Origin: Nageia nagi
Lineage: Eukaryota; Plantae; Pinophyta
Assembly (NCBI GenBank): GCA_050084985.1
Contig: JBITNC010000001.1
Location: 153,946,001 to 154,010,000 of the forward strand
Length of the DNA: 64,000 nt
Reading direction: 5' to 3'
Part shown: positions 27,660-41,447 of the stretch, piece after piece
Layout: each line of letters begins with the position of its first letter
Numbering within the stretch: the first letter of the stretch is position 1
The notes under the pieces: generated by a model
Told to the model about the DNA's origin: nothing
What the model saw: only the letters and a program-made list of their open reading frames with translations
Database searches by the model: none
Position numbers and translations under genes: made by a program

Positions 27660-28900
27660 TCCTCACCTTCGGTTCCTATTTTCATGTTTGATGTTGCCAA
27701 AGCCCCAAAATCTACGCCTAGCCTTGGAATGAGTATTTGTCATTTTTGAACATTTCTTAGACCAACATGTGTGAAATCTCCTTGTGCATACCCTCATGAT
27801 GTCAAATGAATTTTGAATTTTTGACCAAAATGAGCCTATTTCACCCCTTGGCACCACTTTTTCCTCTTTGATGGTGTCAAACTCAAAAATATTGTGCCTA
27901 GGTATGGGAGAAGTGATTTTGAGCCATTTTGAAGATTCCTCTAGCCAAAATGCTTGAAATTTGGATGTGCACACTCCCATGTCTTCAAATGAAATTTTGA
28001 ATTTTGGTCAAAATTGAGCTTATCTCCACCTTAGGCACCATTTTTTTCCTTTTGATGATGGCAAACTCCAAAAATATGCACCTATGCTTGAGGAGAGTAA
28101 TCCTTGAACATTTTGCAAAATTTTGAAGGCAAATATGTATGAATTTTGACCCTCAATGTGCATGTCTCTTCAAAAACCAATTCAAAAATTTAGTCAATTT
28201 GGTGCCTTCATGCTCTAGGCGCATGTTTTTGGCCTTTGATGGCATCAAACCCTTGAAAAATATGCCTAGGTTTGGGAGCTTCAATTTTGGTGCACTTTGA
28301 ACACCTCCAAGTCTAAAGGCATTTGGTTTTTGATCCTCCTTAATACCCATGTACCTAAATTTTGACTTGTCTAAGTCAAAATTTGAATTTTTTTGAGTGC
28401 AATTGGGCAAGGCACCATTTTTTTCTCTTTTATGGTGTCAATCTCTCAAAATATGCCCCTATGTGTCTTGGACATAAAATTTGACCTTTTCTCTAATTTC
28501 CAAGAGCAAACTTGCTTGATTTTTGATCCTTCATCTCTTGGTGCCTTTCAAAATTTGATCTAAATTTGACCAAAAATGCATGCTTTTTTTTTTGGGCACC
28601 ATTTTTCTAGCTTGATGTCATCAAACCCCAAAAACCTATGCCTAAATTTGAGAGGGAGATATCCTTGTCGAATTTCAAAATTTCCAAGCCTAAATGTTTT
28701 TGAAACGAGGTCCTTCATTGGCTTGTTTCCTTCGAATCCTAATCTGGAAAACCTCAATCTTGGTGAAATCTTCGTTAGGCGCATTTTTCCTAGCTTTGAT
28801 ATCATTGAAGCTCCAAAAATCCCCCTTGTCATAGGTTTTACAATTTCGACTATTTCTCATAAGTCCTAAGTTTAAATGTTCTTACTTTTTCGTCCTTCAC
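27660..28900. repeat. ~184-bp tandem array (~7 units) in LTR U3
   Basis: GGCACCA/GGCGCAT anchor at about 27850, 28034, 28218, 28411, 28595, 28778. Confidence 0.75.
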
Positions 28901-29169
28901 AACTTGGCATCTTCAAATTCTCACTCTAGAAGACTTCAAAAATAACCCATCTCCATAGGCCTTTCCAAGACTCAAAAATCTTGTACTTTGGTGATGTTGC
29001 TCAAATTCTGGTTCCTTGGCTCCAAAATTGATAGGCTGAATGCTATGAATCATTTCAGGGATTCCAGCAGGTAATTCTCCATACATCATTCCCTGATATC
29101 ATCTTTTACACTATTCAAAATCAACCATTCTTTCATCCAAGACCATTATCTAGGTAATTGAAGCCTCAT

Positions 29170-32100
29170 CCAGAGAACAAGAGTGGCAATGGCCAAATAT
29201 GACAAGAGAATGAGCGAGTATGCAAAGATGCCTCCAACCATGCATCCACCTCTCTAAATAGCTGGACATCACCCCTAGGGGCTAGACATCTCACCTAGGG
29301 ATGCGCCCCATGCGCCTTGTGATCTCCAAACTTGGACATTGCATCCTTGGCTCATGACTCGAATTTGGGATCCACAAAATCACTCCTAGATGTCATAAAA
29401 TATTCCTAATCTAATCAAGGAGGGAAACATCCCACTTGAGGCTCACAATTCGGTCCATGGGACCCATAAATTTATCATCATTGAGATTTAAATTAAATAA
29501 TAAATCATGCCTATTCTTAATTAAAAGAGGGGATTACAAATAAAATATCTCCTAAATTACAAATGACTCCTAATAAATAAAAATATATATTTTAATTGTC
29601 TAATTCCCATTTTGGGACATTACAATTCCATCCTCCCCAAAACTACTTGCGCTCAAGCAATTCCTGCATGCATGGTACTAAATCTGGTTCCACATCATTG
29701 TCATTTTTCATGTCTTGCAAATGAGTTCTTGTCAATGGAGAGCAGTGTGAAGTCCTCCTTATCAACCCAAGAAGTTCCTCCCAAATCATCCTTACTTATA
29801 TGTCCTTCCTATTCCAAGCAAGATGATGAAAGAGATAGAAACAATTATGATCCCAAACACAGACTTTCTTTCTACCCAAGTCCATGCAAACAAAGTGATG
29901 AGCACAAATCTATCAATCCAAACCAAATGATGATCACAAATCTGATCCCAAACACAAACTTTGCCCATTCAACCAAGGAAGATACATCACGCATGTGCCT
30001 CTTCAATACACCAAGTGTGGCCCCAATGATGAACCAAGATATGTTTCTCTATCCAACCGTGTGTGTAGTCATCATGAAGAGTTCCACCAAGTGACTCAGT
30101 AATGAAGTTACCCATAATGTCATCACCCATGCATCTTCAATAATTAGCCTCAAAGAAACCAAAATCTCTATCCAAAATGCAGTCCCTGATGTTGTAACAG
30201 CAGTAGAGATGATCATAAAAATTCCCAACGTCATCCATAAATGAGCCTCAAAAGATGGACAAAACTGTCCCACTGTGGTCCTTATGAATGGAGTCATTTT
30301 TTGCCCATGTGAAGCAGTCTTGACCAGCCAACAAGAATCAGACCTGATTATTCTTTCTCTCAATGAGAAAACAGCCTTACCTGCCTCCCATATAGTCTTT
30401 GTCATAACTTCATGGAAAAAGAGGTTAGCATGCAAAGTGTAGACAAGACAGTCCGCAAAAATGCACAGCAATGTATCCTTTGCTGTCCATAATGTCCTCA
30501 GTGTGATGTTCTCAGCCATAACATTCTCATGAAACATTAGAATAGCATTCCAAGACAATATGGCATATTTTTCCTTATTAATCCAAATGGCCACTTCACA
30601 AAACCAATTAGGTGTAGAAAATGGAATCCAATACCTTGTTATTGCAGAAGTGAGGGACAGCCATGTTGCCAACTTCATCTTCATGGAGAGGGTTTCTCAA
30701 GTATCCTTAACATGGTCCAACATGTGTCCTACTGCCCATGATGACTCTACTTACTCTTTCTTGCGCATGCATCTCCCCAAATTTATCCCTTACAGTTTGT
30801 GGGAGGACATTTGAGGAAAGTTCTCCTTGATTCCCTTCAGTGTGAGCTCCTTGCTGCTTGATTTGAACCTAATTTCAAATGTTTGATAGTTGGAATATAT
30901 TTTGCCTAGAGAGTACAACCATTAAATCCAAGGATCATTTGAGGAGTTCCCCCCATGGGGTAGATAAGAAGTCCTCTCTCACTACATGATCTTCAATCCT
31001 CATGCCCAATTTTTACAACTGTATCACAAATGTTGATTACTCCATTGGCGTTGGCTACTATGAATCGCTCAAATCCTTCTATTGGGAGGTTCTTCTTGGC
31101 CACAAATTGTTCATCAATGTAATTTTGGGTTTCTCCCCCATCAATCAATACCAACACTTCCGCTCCTACGACCTTGCCACGCACCTTCAAGATCAAAATT
31201 TTTGATACAACTCCTAAAATGGTGGTCATTGTAACTCTATACGTGTTTGTGTGTGGACATCCTTGTTCTGGTTGTTTTGAGTCTAAATTTCCCAGCTCTA
31301 ATTCTAGATTTGAGTCTTTTTCATCCAAAATCACCTCAATTTAGTGTACCTACACATTTCCTAAGCAACGATGACCATATTCCCATGGTTTCTTGCAATT
31401 GAAACACAAGTTCTTCCTCCACAACTCACCTTGGGTTTCCTCATCCAGGGTCTTAGTATTCTGGCCTTTCCCCAACTACAACGAACTCTTCTCCATGCTC
31501 ACATCTTTTTGTGATGGTCCAAACATGGTGGATCTAGATATGGATGCTAATGAGGTCTTTCCCATAGATGGTTCTAGTGTTAATGCTCTTTTGATGGCAT
31601 CCTAAAGAGACATGGGTCAAAAATCTTTTGCCATCCCTTTCAACGGCTATTCTAACCCTTTCATAAACATGAATGTGACTCCTATTTGAAATGCTAGGCA
31701 CCATAGCTGCTATTCACTGGAACTCAGCAATATATCATTCCACATTCCCTTTTTGCTTCAATGTCGCCAAATCACTAAAATATTCATTTTCATCCTTATG
31801 ATCAAATCGGTTCACGAGTCTCCTACCAAATTTATTGGAAGATTTGATGGAGCCATGCCCTTGTGTGGTTAAACCATGGTACCACCAATCATGTGCTACA
31901 CCATGCAGATGTAGTGTGGCAAATTGAATCGTGTCTTCCTTAAACATGGGGTTGAGGGTGAAGTATGTTTGAATTTTTACAACCATGCCCTAGTCATCAT
32001 CTTATCTCCTCCATCGTACAAAGGAAGTTGCATTCTTCTTAGCCTCTACTGTATATCTCTCCTCTCTCCATCATGGCTCCTTCCCTCTAGGCATCCATCA

Positions 32101-33034
32101 TCCATCATTTTCCCATTGATCCGGAGAATGCTCTCAAAATAAACGATCAATTTGAATTCTGGATCCATAGCTTGATACTGGCAGAATAGTGAATTCAACT
32201 CCATAAAATCCACATAGTTTGGATCTCCTTCTTGTTTCTCTTTCCATTGGATGAACATTGGTTTAGATAGCCTTGGTATAGGTGGTGGATCCATCTCTTT
32301 GGATGGCTCATGAGTGGTGTAGTTCTGCGCAAGCCTTGGAACACTCCTAGAGTCTTTCTCCCTTGATGAAAAATCCATAAATCATGATTGTGTTTGTGTG
32401 GTGTAGGCCTGCGCATATGGTGGGGAGCACCTCTATTGTAGCCAATTGATCTCCTAATTCATCCTTGCTCCTTGGATCTTTCTCTTGCGGAACCAAATAT
32501 GTGGAATGACAAAGCCCTAGGCTCCTTTTCTTGCCTTCCTTCTCTTGTTGAGCCAGATATTCTGAGAAAAGGTGTTATCTCTTCTAGTTTTGGTGAGGGT
32601 TCACAAGCTCTTCTCTCCTTGGGTGTTTGAGAAGCATTCTGAGATACTAATTGTGTCAATAGATCAATCAGCAAATCAAACCTCTTTACTTTCTTTCAAA
32701 GTCAATATGATAGATCTTCTTTTAACCGGAGGCATTTTTTGCCTCTCCTCTTGCATCTTATCTTCCTCCCAAGGGTTATTTCCTCCCTATGCATGCCCCA
32801 ATCATATCCTCCGGATTCTCCTCCTAGTGGACATTCGTCTTTGGATCCACCCTCTCTCTTTTGAGGAAGTATCTATTGTTGAAGCATGGGGTCACTTCAG
32901 GTTGGCTACATATTTGCTTTAATACCATTGTAATGTCCCTTTTTGGGAATTTTCAGGAACTCCAACAATAATTATAAGAAAATTCAATAACACACCAAAT
33001 ATGGATGTCAAAGAATCAAATATGATATTATTAA
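29170..33034 (-). mobile_element. Non-autonomous Gag-PR element with both LTRs truncated
   Basis: PBS TGGTATTAAAGC at 32916-32927 (-); gag fragments (FATLHLHGVAHDWW); protease LIDGGETQNYI; PPT GGGGAGGATGGAA; 3' LTR starts at 29624. Confidence 0.85.
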
Positions 33035-36000
33035 TGTGACATTCCTTTTATATCATATAAAATATGTGTAATGGACAAAATGCCTATCTTAGTAATATTC
33101 TATTAGTAGTGTGTAATGTGTAACTTGGGATAGGAGTTTAAATGGTCACTGGAACCCATTGTGAGCCCCTAGTGGGACGTATCCCTCCCAAGTGTAGAAT
33201 AGGATAAAATTAAGTATACTTGGAGATCTCAGACTTTATTGTGGAAATCCCAAGATCTTGTATGCTTAAATAACCAAGATGGAGGATTGCATGCTTGCGC
33301 CAGCCTTGGGGAATCCCCTAGGTCCCACGTTGGAACATCCCAGACTCCTAGGCTTCCACCATGACATCTAGACCCACTTGGGTGTGTGTGGCACCCCTAG
33401 ACAGTAGACCCTGTGCTAGCATTTATGGCACCCAGGAATCCCATGTTGGCATGCCTGACATCTAGGCACCCAAGTTGGGCATCTTGGGCCTTCTAGAGGC
33501 TAACATTGGGACCTAAGAGCCTAGTGATGATTTCGATGTGAGATCCAAGACCTAGGAAGGAGTATAAGAAGACTAGGAGCCTCATTTGTTGGGGAGACTT
33601 GATTATTATCACCTTTACACTTCTACTTCATCCCATGAACACAACCTTAATGGAGCGCTAAGTGTATTCCTTAGGTGGAGCACCTAAGAGGGTTGTCAAG
33701 CTGAGGGATCTTAGCAATCTACGACATTGGTGGAGCACCTTTGCCCATTGGTTGGTATTCCTAGGTGGAGTCTCTACCACTTGCGTGGTTATCCAGATAT
33801 GAGGAGGGCCCCTTTGATGGGGAGGAGTCAAGTTTTGAGGAGGCTCTACTATCCCATCATTCGTCTAACAACACAAGGAGAGTTCATCCGACCCATTTCT
33901 ACTCCCAGGAGGTTGACATCTACCCTTTTGGGCTTGGTTTTGTATTGTTGAGCACTGTATATCATTAATATAATCTGTGAGCATTAGGATCTCGACATTT
34001 GCATTTATATTGTGGTATTTTATAGTGTATTTGTGCATGTGTAGGCCACACGTTGGCATTGTGAGCTTATTGTGTTTGTATAAAGGTGTAATTGGCCATT
34101 CATTGGCATTGTGTGATGTATAAGTGCTAGGGAGATCCATATTTGGCACTATTTAGTGGTATTGTGCTTGTGGGAGTCCAACATTGGCATACTAGGGCTT
34201 GTGCTGTATATTGTGGATGCCCTAGTTGGATAACTTGAAATTGAATTTATTGATATTTGCTTGAGATTTGTTTTGGATCATTATAGTGGTATCAAAGCCT
34301 GGATCCATCCAACCTGTGTATGAAACCCAAGATTCACTGCTAATACACCAGGTACAATAGCCGGAGAGGTATGGCATCCACAAAGGTCGGAAGGTCAGAT
34401 GCCTAGGAGAAAGAACCCAAGCATTGGATGAATGAGCCATTACACAAGGAGATCTTAGAGTAAGAAAGTGTGCAGGGTGATAGATTTGGGTCGGCTAGGA
34501 GGAGAAGCCCTATACCCATTCAGGATTCAACACCCAAATGGAAATTCAATAAGTTGATTTATGCCATTACCAACATGAGGGGAGCCATCACATCCGTGCA
34601 ACAGTAGTTAGACCGACATCTGGGAGTTCATGTGGAGGCACAAAGGAGAATGAGCCCCCCCATGTCACACTCAGGAAGACATAAGGGAGTCAAGTGAGGA
34701 AGATTGGGAGCTGAGCATGAGGATATCTAGGAGTTTGTGGGATTAGGAGTCCACACACCATGGATCCCCAAGTCGGCCAGAGCATGCATTCGTAAGATCC
34801 CAATCATATCGAGGGAAGCAGGGTCCTAACCGTCTCCTAGGGAGGTACCTAGAGGAGGATGTTGGTAGGGTTGGAGAGCAATCCATCATTCCACTGCCAT
34901 CCAAGCCCATGTTCACCAAGAAATCTGGGGAGGAGCCAAAGAATAGAGTTCTTGGACCCGTGGAACTTAACCAAATCTTCAAGGAGTACACATCATTGGA
35001 TCTAGGGTAGAGAAGGGATGTGGATTTCAATAGTTACCTAGAATTGTTACTCTTGAGAGGAGGACACAATCACACTCCTCATACCCCTTGTAATGCACAT
35101 TCGAACAAGAGGGATATGTAGCACAAGATCAGCAAGTTGCAGATGCTGATGTATGATGGCATGAAGATGATGGCTAGGGCTTGGCTACATCAATTGTAGA
35201 CTTATTTTACTTTGAACCTAAACATGGAGGAGGTAGAAGCCATCCACTTTGCCACATTACATTTCAAAGGGGATGCACTGGAATGGTGGCAACATGGGTT
35301 GATCAACCAAGGGTATGCGGACATCTCTTCATTTGATGAGTTTGCCAGGAAGCTTTTGAAGAGATTTGATAGGAAAAGGGAAAACGACTACTTCCGAGAT
35401 TTGACAACATTGAGGCAGCAGGACATGGTGGATGAGTATGTGATAGAGTTCCAAAATATTTCTATCACGATTCATCATCTTTTGGAGGAGAGGTTGACGT
35501 TCCTGTTCATGGAAGGGCTGATGGAGCCACTCCGTGGCATGGTCAAGGTATCCTCTCCAAGGGGCCTTGATGATGCAATCTATTGGGCCTATGATCTTGA
35601 CCTGACCGTGAAATATCTTAGAGGAGGTTCGACACAAAGAAGGGGTTATGCAAAGAAGCCATTTGTGGAAAAGGAGGGGCCTAGCAAGGCCAAACCATCT
35701 CTCCCACCACGGACGAACTAGTTGGACACTACCATAAGGAGGAAGCTAAGAGATGAGGGGAAATGCTTCTACTGTAAGAAGAATTAGGAACCAAGGCACC
35801 GTTTTTTGGGGAAAGGATAGTTACATTATATTGAAGTGTTTTCAGAAGAGGGGTTAGATGAGTCAAATCTAGATCTAGGGGTGGATACGTTGGAACAAGG
35901 GTCATCTAGGGTGGAGGGGATCTTGGGTAGCATGATTGCTTCAATGAATGGGGTGAAGAAGTATTTGAACCTGAATGTCGTAGGATAGATAGGAGGACAA

Positions 36001-36997
36001 GACATCATGGTCTTGATTGATTTAGGTGCTTCTCACAATTTCATTGATGCAGGATTTATGAAGATGAAGAGTCTAAAAACAAAGGGGTTCAAAGGATTTC
36101 AAGTTTCCAACACCAATGGGAAACTCACCCTTGTGGATCATATTGTGGAGAGATTTGGGGTTCAATTGTAGAGTTGCATCATTAGGGAGGATTTCTACCT
36201 TTACCCTCTCAAGGGTCATACTCATATCATATTGGGAGTGCAGTGGTTGTTTGATCTTGAGTACATTCACATGAATTATCAAAAGCTCACCATGAGCTTT
36301 GAGATTGATGGGAAAACTCACACACTACAAGGAATCAGGGATGATTTCCCCCAAGTGGATAACAAAAGGCTAGAAATGATTGAATAGTGTCAGGAGAAGG
36401 AGAAATCACGTTGGACATGAAAGAGACCTAGAATCCCACAGTGTATTCTAAGAGCCTAAGGGCAAGGACATGAGGATTAGAAGAGCTTATTGACCCCATG
36501 CTAGAGCTTGAGAGGCCATCATGGCCTATGTTAGGTTTGGGAAAGCTAGGGCACCCCCTTGGTTTGCCACCCATGTTGGGCATAGAGGAGTTGGAGCAAC
36601 CTACATGGAGCTATGGGGAGGTTGTATATCCCACGTTGGGGTTGGAGGAGTTGGAACCACCCATGTTGAGCCTCGATGTTGCTATATGCCACATGTTGGA
36701 ACTAGAGGAGTTGGAGCACCTCACATGGAGCATTGGAAGGTTTGGATATAGGCCTTGGAATGATGGAGCACGTCACATGGAGCATTGGAGAGCTTGTATC
36801 CCCCACAATGAGCTTGGGTGGAGTTTCGCATGACGATTGGAACTTGGAAAAGCTCTAACACTTCATTTTGCATCTAGTAGGAGGATGTTGGATGGTGATG
36901 CACCAAGGAGCAGTTTGGTGTCTCACGTTGGGAAGTAGGAAGGGATTCATGCAAACTAGTTTCAGCCCAAGGAGTTAGGGATCCCACATGGAGGAGG
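33035..36997 (+). mobile_element. Non-autonomous Gag-PR element: 5' LTR 33035-34285, PBS 34287-34298, degenerate gag-PR, repeat spacer
   Basis: TGTGACATTCC...GGATCATTATA then TGGTATCAAAGC; ORF 35212..35721 is gag; LIDLGASHNFI protease; CCCACGTTGG-type repeats at 36490-36810. Confidence 0.85.
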
Positions 36998-37952
36998 TGT
37001 TGTGCCTACACAACACACCCCAAAATTTTCATAATTTTTGGGGACCCTCTTCTAAGCTAAGGCCATTGGGATGAATATTTCTACTCAAATCCCATGCTTT
37101 TTGACCAATTGGAGGTATAATTGGCTAAACTATGCATACTCTGGTAGAATCAGGCATGAAAATTTTTCTAATTCATGAGGGCATGTTTTTTGTTGGATCC
37201 AAAAGCACCCACTGAAAATGGTGCTACTGGGTAAAAATCTGCATTTTCACACAAAATTCATGCATTTTTCAGGTCTGAAAGTATGTAATCTATGTCAACT
37301 GATCACTTCCATGCATTCTGAGATCATTCTAGCTCATTCTAGAAAAACTGGCTAAGTGTTTACCTTGGGTGCATCATTTTTGTGTAGTGAAAAAGCACTC
37401 ACTCATAACGGTGCAACCAGCCTTGAGGGTGCTAAAATTGGCTTAGTCATTGAGAAGTTGAGCATACACTAAGGAGTAGACAAGTGTCCTCACATGCATT
37501 GGATCACTTTTTATACTAATAGGCATGTGACACTTGTCCATTGGAAACTACATAGTATAAAAGGCAGCATGCTAGTTCATTTTGTATTTTGCATCACTTC
37601 ATTCTCATATGGCATCTAGCTCTATTGAAGTGCAAAAGAACTCCTCCAAAATGGTGCACCTATGTAAAAGCTCTCACTCAAAATGGTGTGACCGAATTTG
37701 GAGGCATAATTTTTCCAAGGCATGAAAATTTTCTAAATTAAATGCATGAGTTTCAGAGCCAAATGAGGGGAAATGTGACAAAATTTGAATACTCAAGTTG
37801 ACACAGGTCCAAAAACATCATTTTTACTTAGGCACATGTTTTAGGGGACATGCTTTTGCATGTACCAAAATGGTGCGCCCAGCTTCACTTTGCATTTATT
37901 TGGTCAATTCCTCCATTTTTGTGTCTAAAGTTGCATTTTTCATGCCAAAATT
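36998..37952 (+). mobile_element. 5' fragment of a Tat-type LTR
   Basis: TGTTGTGCCTACACAACACACCCC terminus; recurrent AAATGGTGC motif; TATAAAAGG near 37556. Confidence 0.75.
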
Positions 37953-38624
37953 TATGATGATTCAAAATGAACCTCAAATTAAATATTAGTAAACAATAAT
38001 CAAACACACCAACTAGGGTTTCCAACACCCTCAAAAATGCAAACCATACCCCAACATTAGCCCACACAACAACACAACAAGCCTGACGTCAGCCTCCTAG
38101 GGATTTCAATCACACTAGACTCCCAACGATTGCTCACAATGATGAATTAATGAATTACATACACACACAATGATTACACTAGAATACCAACATAAACAAA
38201 CACCACAACAACACCACATGTACAAATATGAAACCCAAATGCTCAACCATGTCACAAGAATATAATTAATAACACAAAGCTGAGATCCAATGCCCAACGG
38301 CTTGTATTATGATAGGAAATGAGTAGCAATACAAGACCTTGCTCCAAGAGCTAGATGTTGGCCTCATAGGAGCCAACTAGGGCAAAATCACTAAGAAATC
38401 CTCACTGCAATCTGCCAAACCACAGGATTAGATCCACCCCCTCAAACCTCGATTCCTCTCCACTAAAGGAGCCCTCCTCAAAACTTGGTGACAAAACCAA
38501 ATGGTAAAAGTATATCCTTGGAATGCCACCAGAATGGGCTTGGTGACCCAACAAAGCCATAGATAGTCAGGGATCCCAACGCTTTCCTACCCTCTAGATG
38601 ACCCGCCTAGGATGTGTTGCTTAG
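37953..38624 (-). mobile_element. 3' half of a ~1.2-kb-group LTR, inverted
   Basis: Reverse complement of the TTTTGAATCATCATA end and of the GGCTCC..TGAGGCCAAC and AGGGCTCCTT motifs shared with 23605-24855. Confidence 0.7.
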
Positions 38625-41447
38625 GATGTGTTTGGATTTCAAATTTCAATGGAGTTTAGGTGAATGGAAATGGTGTTAAGTGTTCAAATCATGCTCCAAA
38701 GGTAAAAATGGACTTTCTTTCTCACTTTAGCTCTCTAATTCTCAAAACATTTGGCAGCATAAGGGTGCAAAATGAGATTAGTGTGTGAAATGGAGGGGGT
38801 GAGGGTGTATTTATAGGCTTAAGGGCTCAAAAGGTGCCACATGTCAACACCATATCAACCTTAGGGCAAAATTTTGCATTTTGGGATTTTTCTCTTCATG
38901 CCCAATGTTGGGAAAGGGGTCCAAAAGGTGGAAAAAGGGCTGGACCTGCGCCTAAGTCTAGAAGGAGGGATTTTGAACCAATGTTTGGGGGTCAAGAGCC
39001 AAATATAACAGGTATAGGATGCTCTTCCACCCCCATACTTCAGATTTGGACTTTGAATTTTGAGTTTTTTGAAGAAAAATGTCCAAATGTTTGAGTTTTT
39101 CAGACCTTGAATCCTTCTTGAAGGCAAAAAGATGGTTTTTGGGAGTTTTTGTGGGCCAAATTGCACAGATGATGGGTCAAAATGGTGTAGAATCACACCA
39201 CTTATTGCATGGAAACATAAAATGTCACTTTTGAGCAATTTTGAGAATCAAGGAGGCTAGGTGCAGGTTTTGAAGGTTTGGGCAAGTTTGGAAATTTGAG
39301 AAGTTGGCCCAAAACTTTCAAAACTCCCCCCTAACTTTTTGGGATTCAAATCTTGGGTTTTTTGCAATCTTACAAGAGGCAATCTTGATCTCCTTTGAAT
39401 TTGGCACCCCACCTTTCTCTCCAATTTTGATTTTGACAATTTTGAAAAATTTGGAAAATTTTCAAGCTCTCCCATTGGCTGATCCAAATTTTGTTATTTT
39501 GAGGGAGTAGATCCACTTTGTCCAAAAAACATAAAACATGAATGTTGTGCAAAATTGGAATTCACATGCTCCTAGAATCAAATTTTTTGATTTAAAAATA
39601 GGCCCTTGCAAGCTAGGCGCAGGTTTTGGGGGAATTAGGCAAGTTTGGAAATTTGAGAAGTTGAGGGAAAACTCTCAAAACTCCCCCCTAACATTTTGGG
39701 AGGCAAATCATGAGTTTTTGGGAAACTTGGAAGAGGCAATATTGATCTCCTTTGAATTTTCCACCCTACCTCATTCTTCTTTTTTGATTTGACCAATTTT
39801 GGAAAATTTAGAAAACTTTTGGAGTTCTCTCATTAGCTAATCAAATTTTGATGATTTGAAGAAGTAGATCTCATTTTTTTGGAAAACTCAAATCATCAAA
39901 CTTGTGTGAAATCCCATCCTACACCCCATGAAGATCAAAAATTTCATTTTTTTGCAATTTTGGGGGACAAGAAGGGTAGGCGCAGGTTTTGAGACAATTA
40001 GGCCTTTTTCGAAATTTGGCCAAACATGGGAAAAGAGGCAAAACCCCGCCTAGCTTTTTGAGGGGCATTTTTTGACTTTTTTTGAAAATTTCAAGAACAA
40101 AGATGCCTAAAATTGGATTTCGCACCCTACCTCTTCCTTGGATTTTCATTTTGACATTTTTGAAATTTGGAAAAATTTGGAGCATTCCTATTTGCTATCC
40201 TTTTGCTCATTTTTCTGTTTTTTCACTTTTAATGGAGAAAAACTCATCGAAATCACGATCTCCATGCTCCCAAACTCAAAAATTTCCATTTTGGATCAAT
40301 TTGGGCCTCCCAAAAGGTAGGCACAGGTTTTGAAGAGAATAGGCCATTTTTCGAAATCAACCAAAATGAGGGAAAACTAGCAAAACTCCCCCCTAACTTT
40401 TCGGGCATCAAAAATCAAGTTTTTCTGACAATTCCAAGAGCAAAGTGGCCTTAATTTTTCATTTAGCACCACACCTCTCTCTCTTTGATTTTCATTTCAA
40501 GCATTTTGAAAAAACTCTCTTTTCCAAGCTCAACCCGAAGCTTTTCAGATGCCAAAATGCTCATTTTTTTATTTTACCCCTCAAGGGTGCTCAAACTTAT
40601 TTTCCTCATCCATTTCGGCCAATATTGCACATTCCTGACCTTTCCTACCTTTTATGGGCCCAAATGGTGCATTTTCGGGCTCTAAGTATGCATTTCGACC
40701 ATTTTTGACATTTTTGAGCTCAAATGGTGAAAACAAGATCATTTCCAACATTTCGAGCTCAAAGTCTACATTTTCGGCCATTCCGAACTCAAGATGTGCA
40801 AAAACGGCCATTCCTGTCATTTTTTAGCTTTTTTGAGCACTTTGAGCTCAAATTTACATTTTTGGTCATTTTCAAGCTCAAACTGTGCAAAAATGCACAT
40901 TTTTACTATACTGACCACTTTTGGGCTCAAAACTTACCAAAATGCGCTTTTCCGTGCTATTGACCATTTTTTGGCTCTCTGAGCTTAAAATTGACAAAAA
41001 TGTGCTTTGGCTGTAGATGCCTCTTTCAGGCTCAATTTGTACAAAATGTGCATTGTCATCATCTTAATTGTATCCATTGCTCTCGGGCTCAAACTTGACC
41101 AAAAATGCACCTTTTGTCACCTTGGCATTTTTGTTGCTCAAACTTGCCAAAATGATGCCTTTTTTGCCTTGGGGCCATTCGCTGAAAACTCCACTGTCTA
41201 GTTGCTGTCGTGATCCACAACTCCATCCTATGAGGTGTCGCTTGAAACCGGGCCCTGACTTGGGCACTGGCTAAGCTGAACTCTCTTCATGACTCTGGGG
41301 CATGCTCTGCATTGTTTGGTCATCTGGCCATTTTGGGTCTCCATACTAGCTGTAAGTTGATCATGCCCAGGCAATGTTACTCATTGCCGTTGCAAAAAAT
41401 GGGTCCCCAAAATGTTGCATCTTAGGGTGTGTTGTGCGGGCACAACA
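38625..41447 (-). mobile_element. 5' (U3) part of a Tat-type LTR, same subfamily as 13445
   Basis: Near-identical first ~110 bp and TATA/leader region to 13445-14600; expanded ~355-bp repeats with anchors at 39256, 39612, 39977, 40317. Confidence 0.85.

Larger units (their letters stand above)
24933..29170 (-). mobile_element. Tat-type LTR without ORF, 5' tip deleted
   Basis: Left end TGTTGGGATGGAAATCTTTCCTCTT is colinear with 7472 onward; TATA on minus at 27060-27067; 29010-29170 aligns with 11560-11715. Confidence 0.8.

Noticed and set aside
32916-34298. Apparent bidirectional LTR with a PBS on each side
   Set aside because: 32929-33034 is the 3' end of the minus element's 5' LTR; a separate plus-strand LTR starts at 33035 (TGTGACATTCC), so this is a nested insertion
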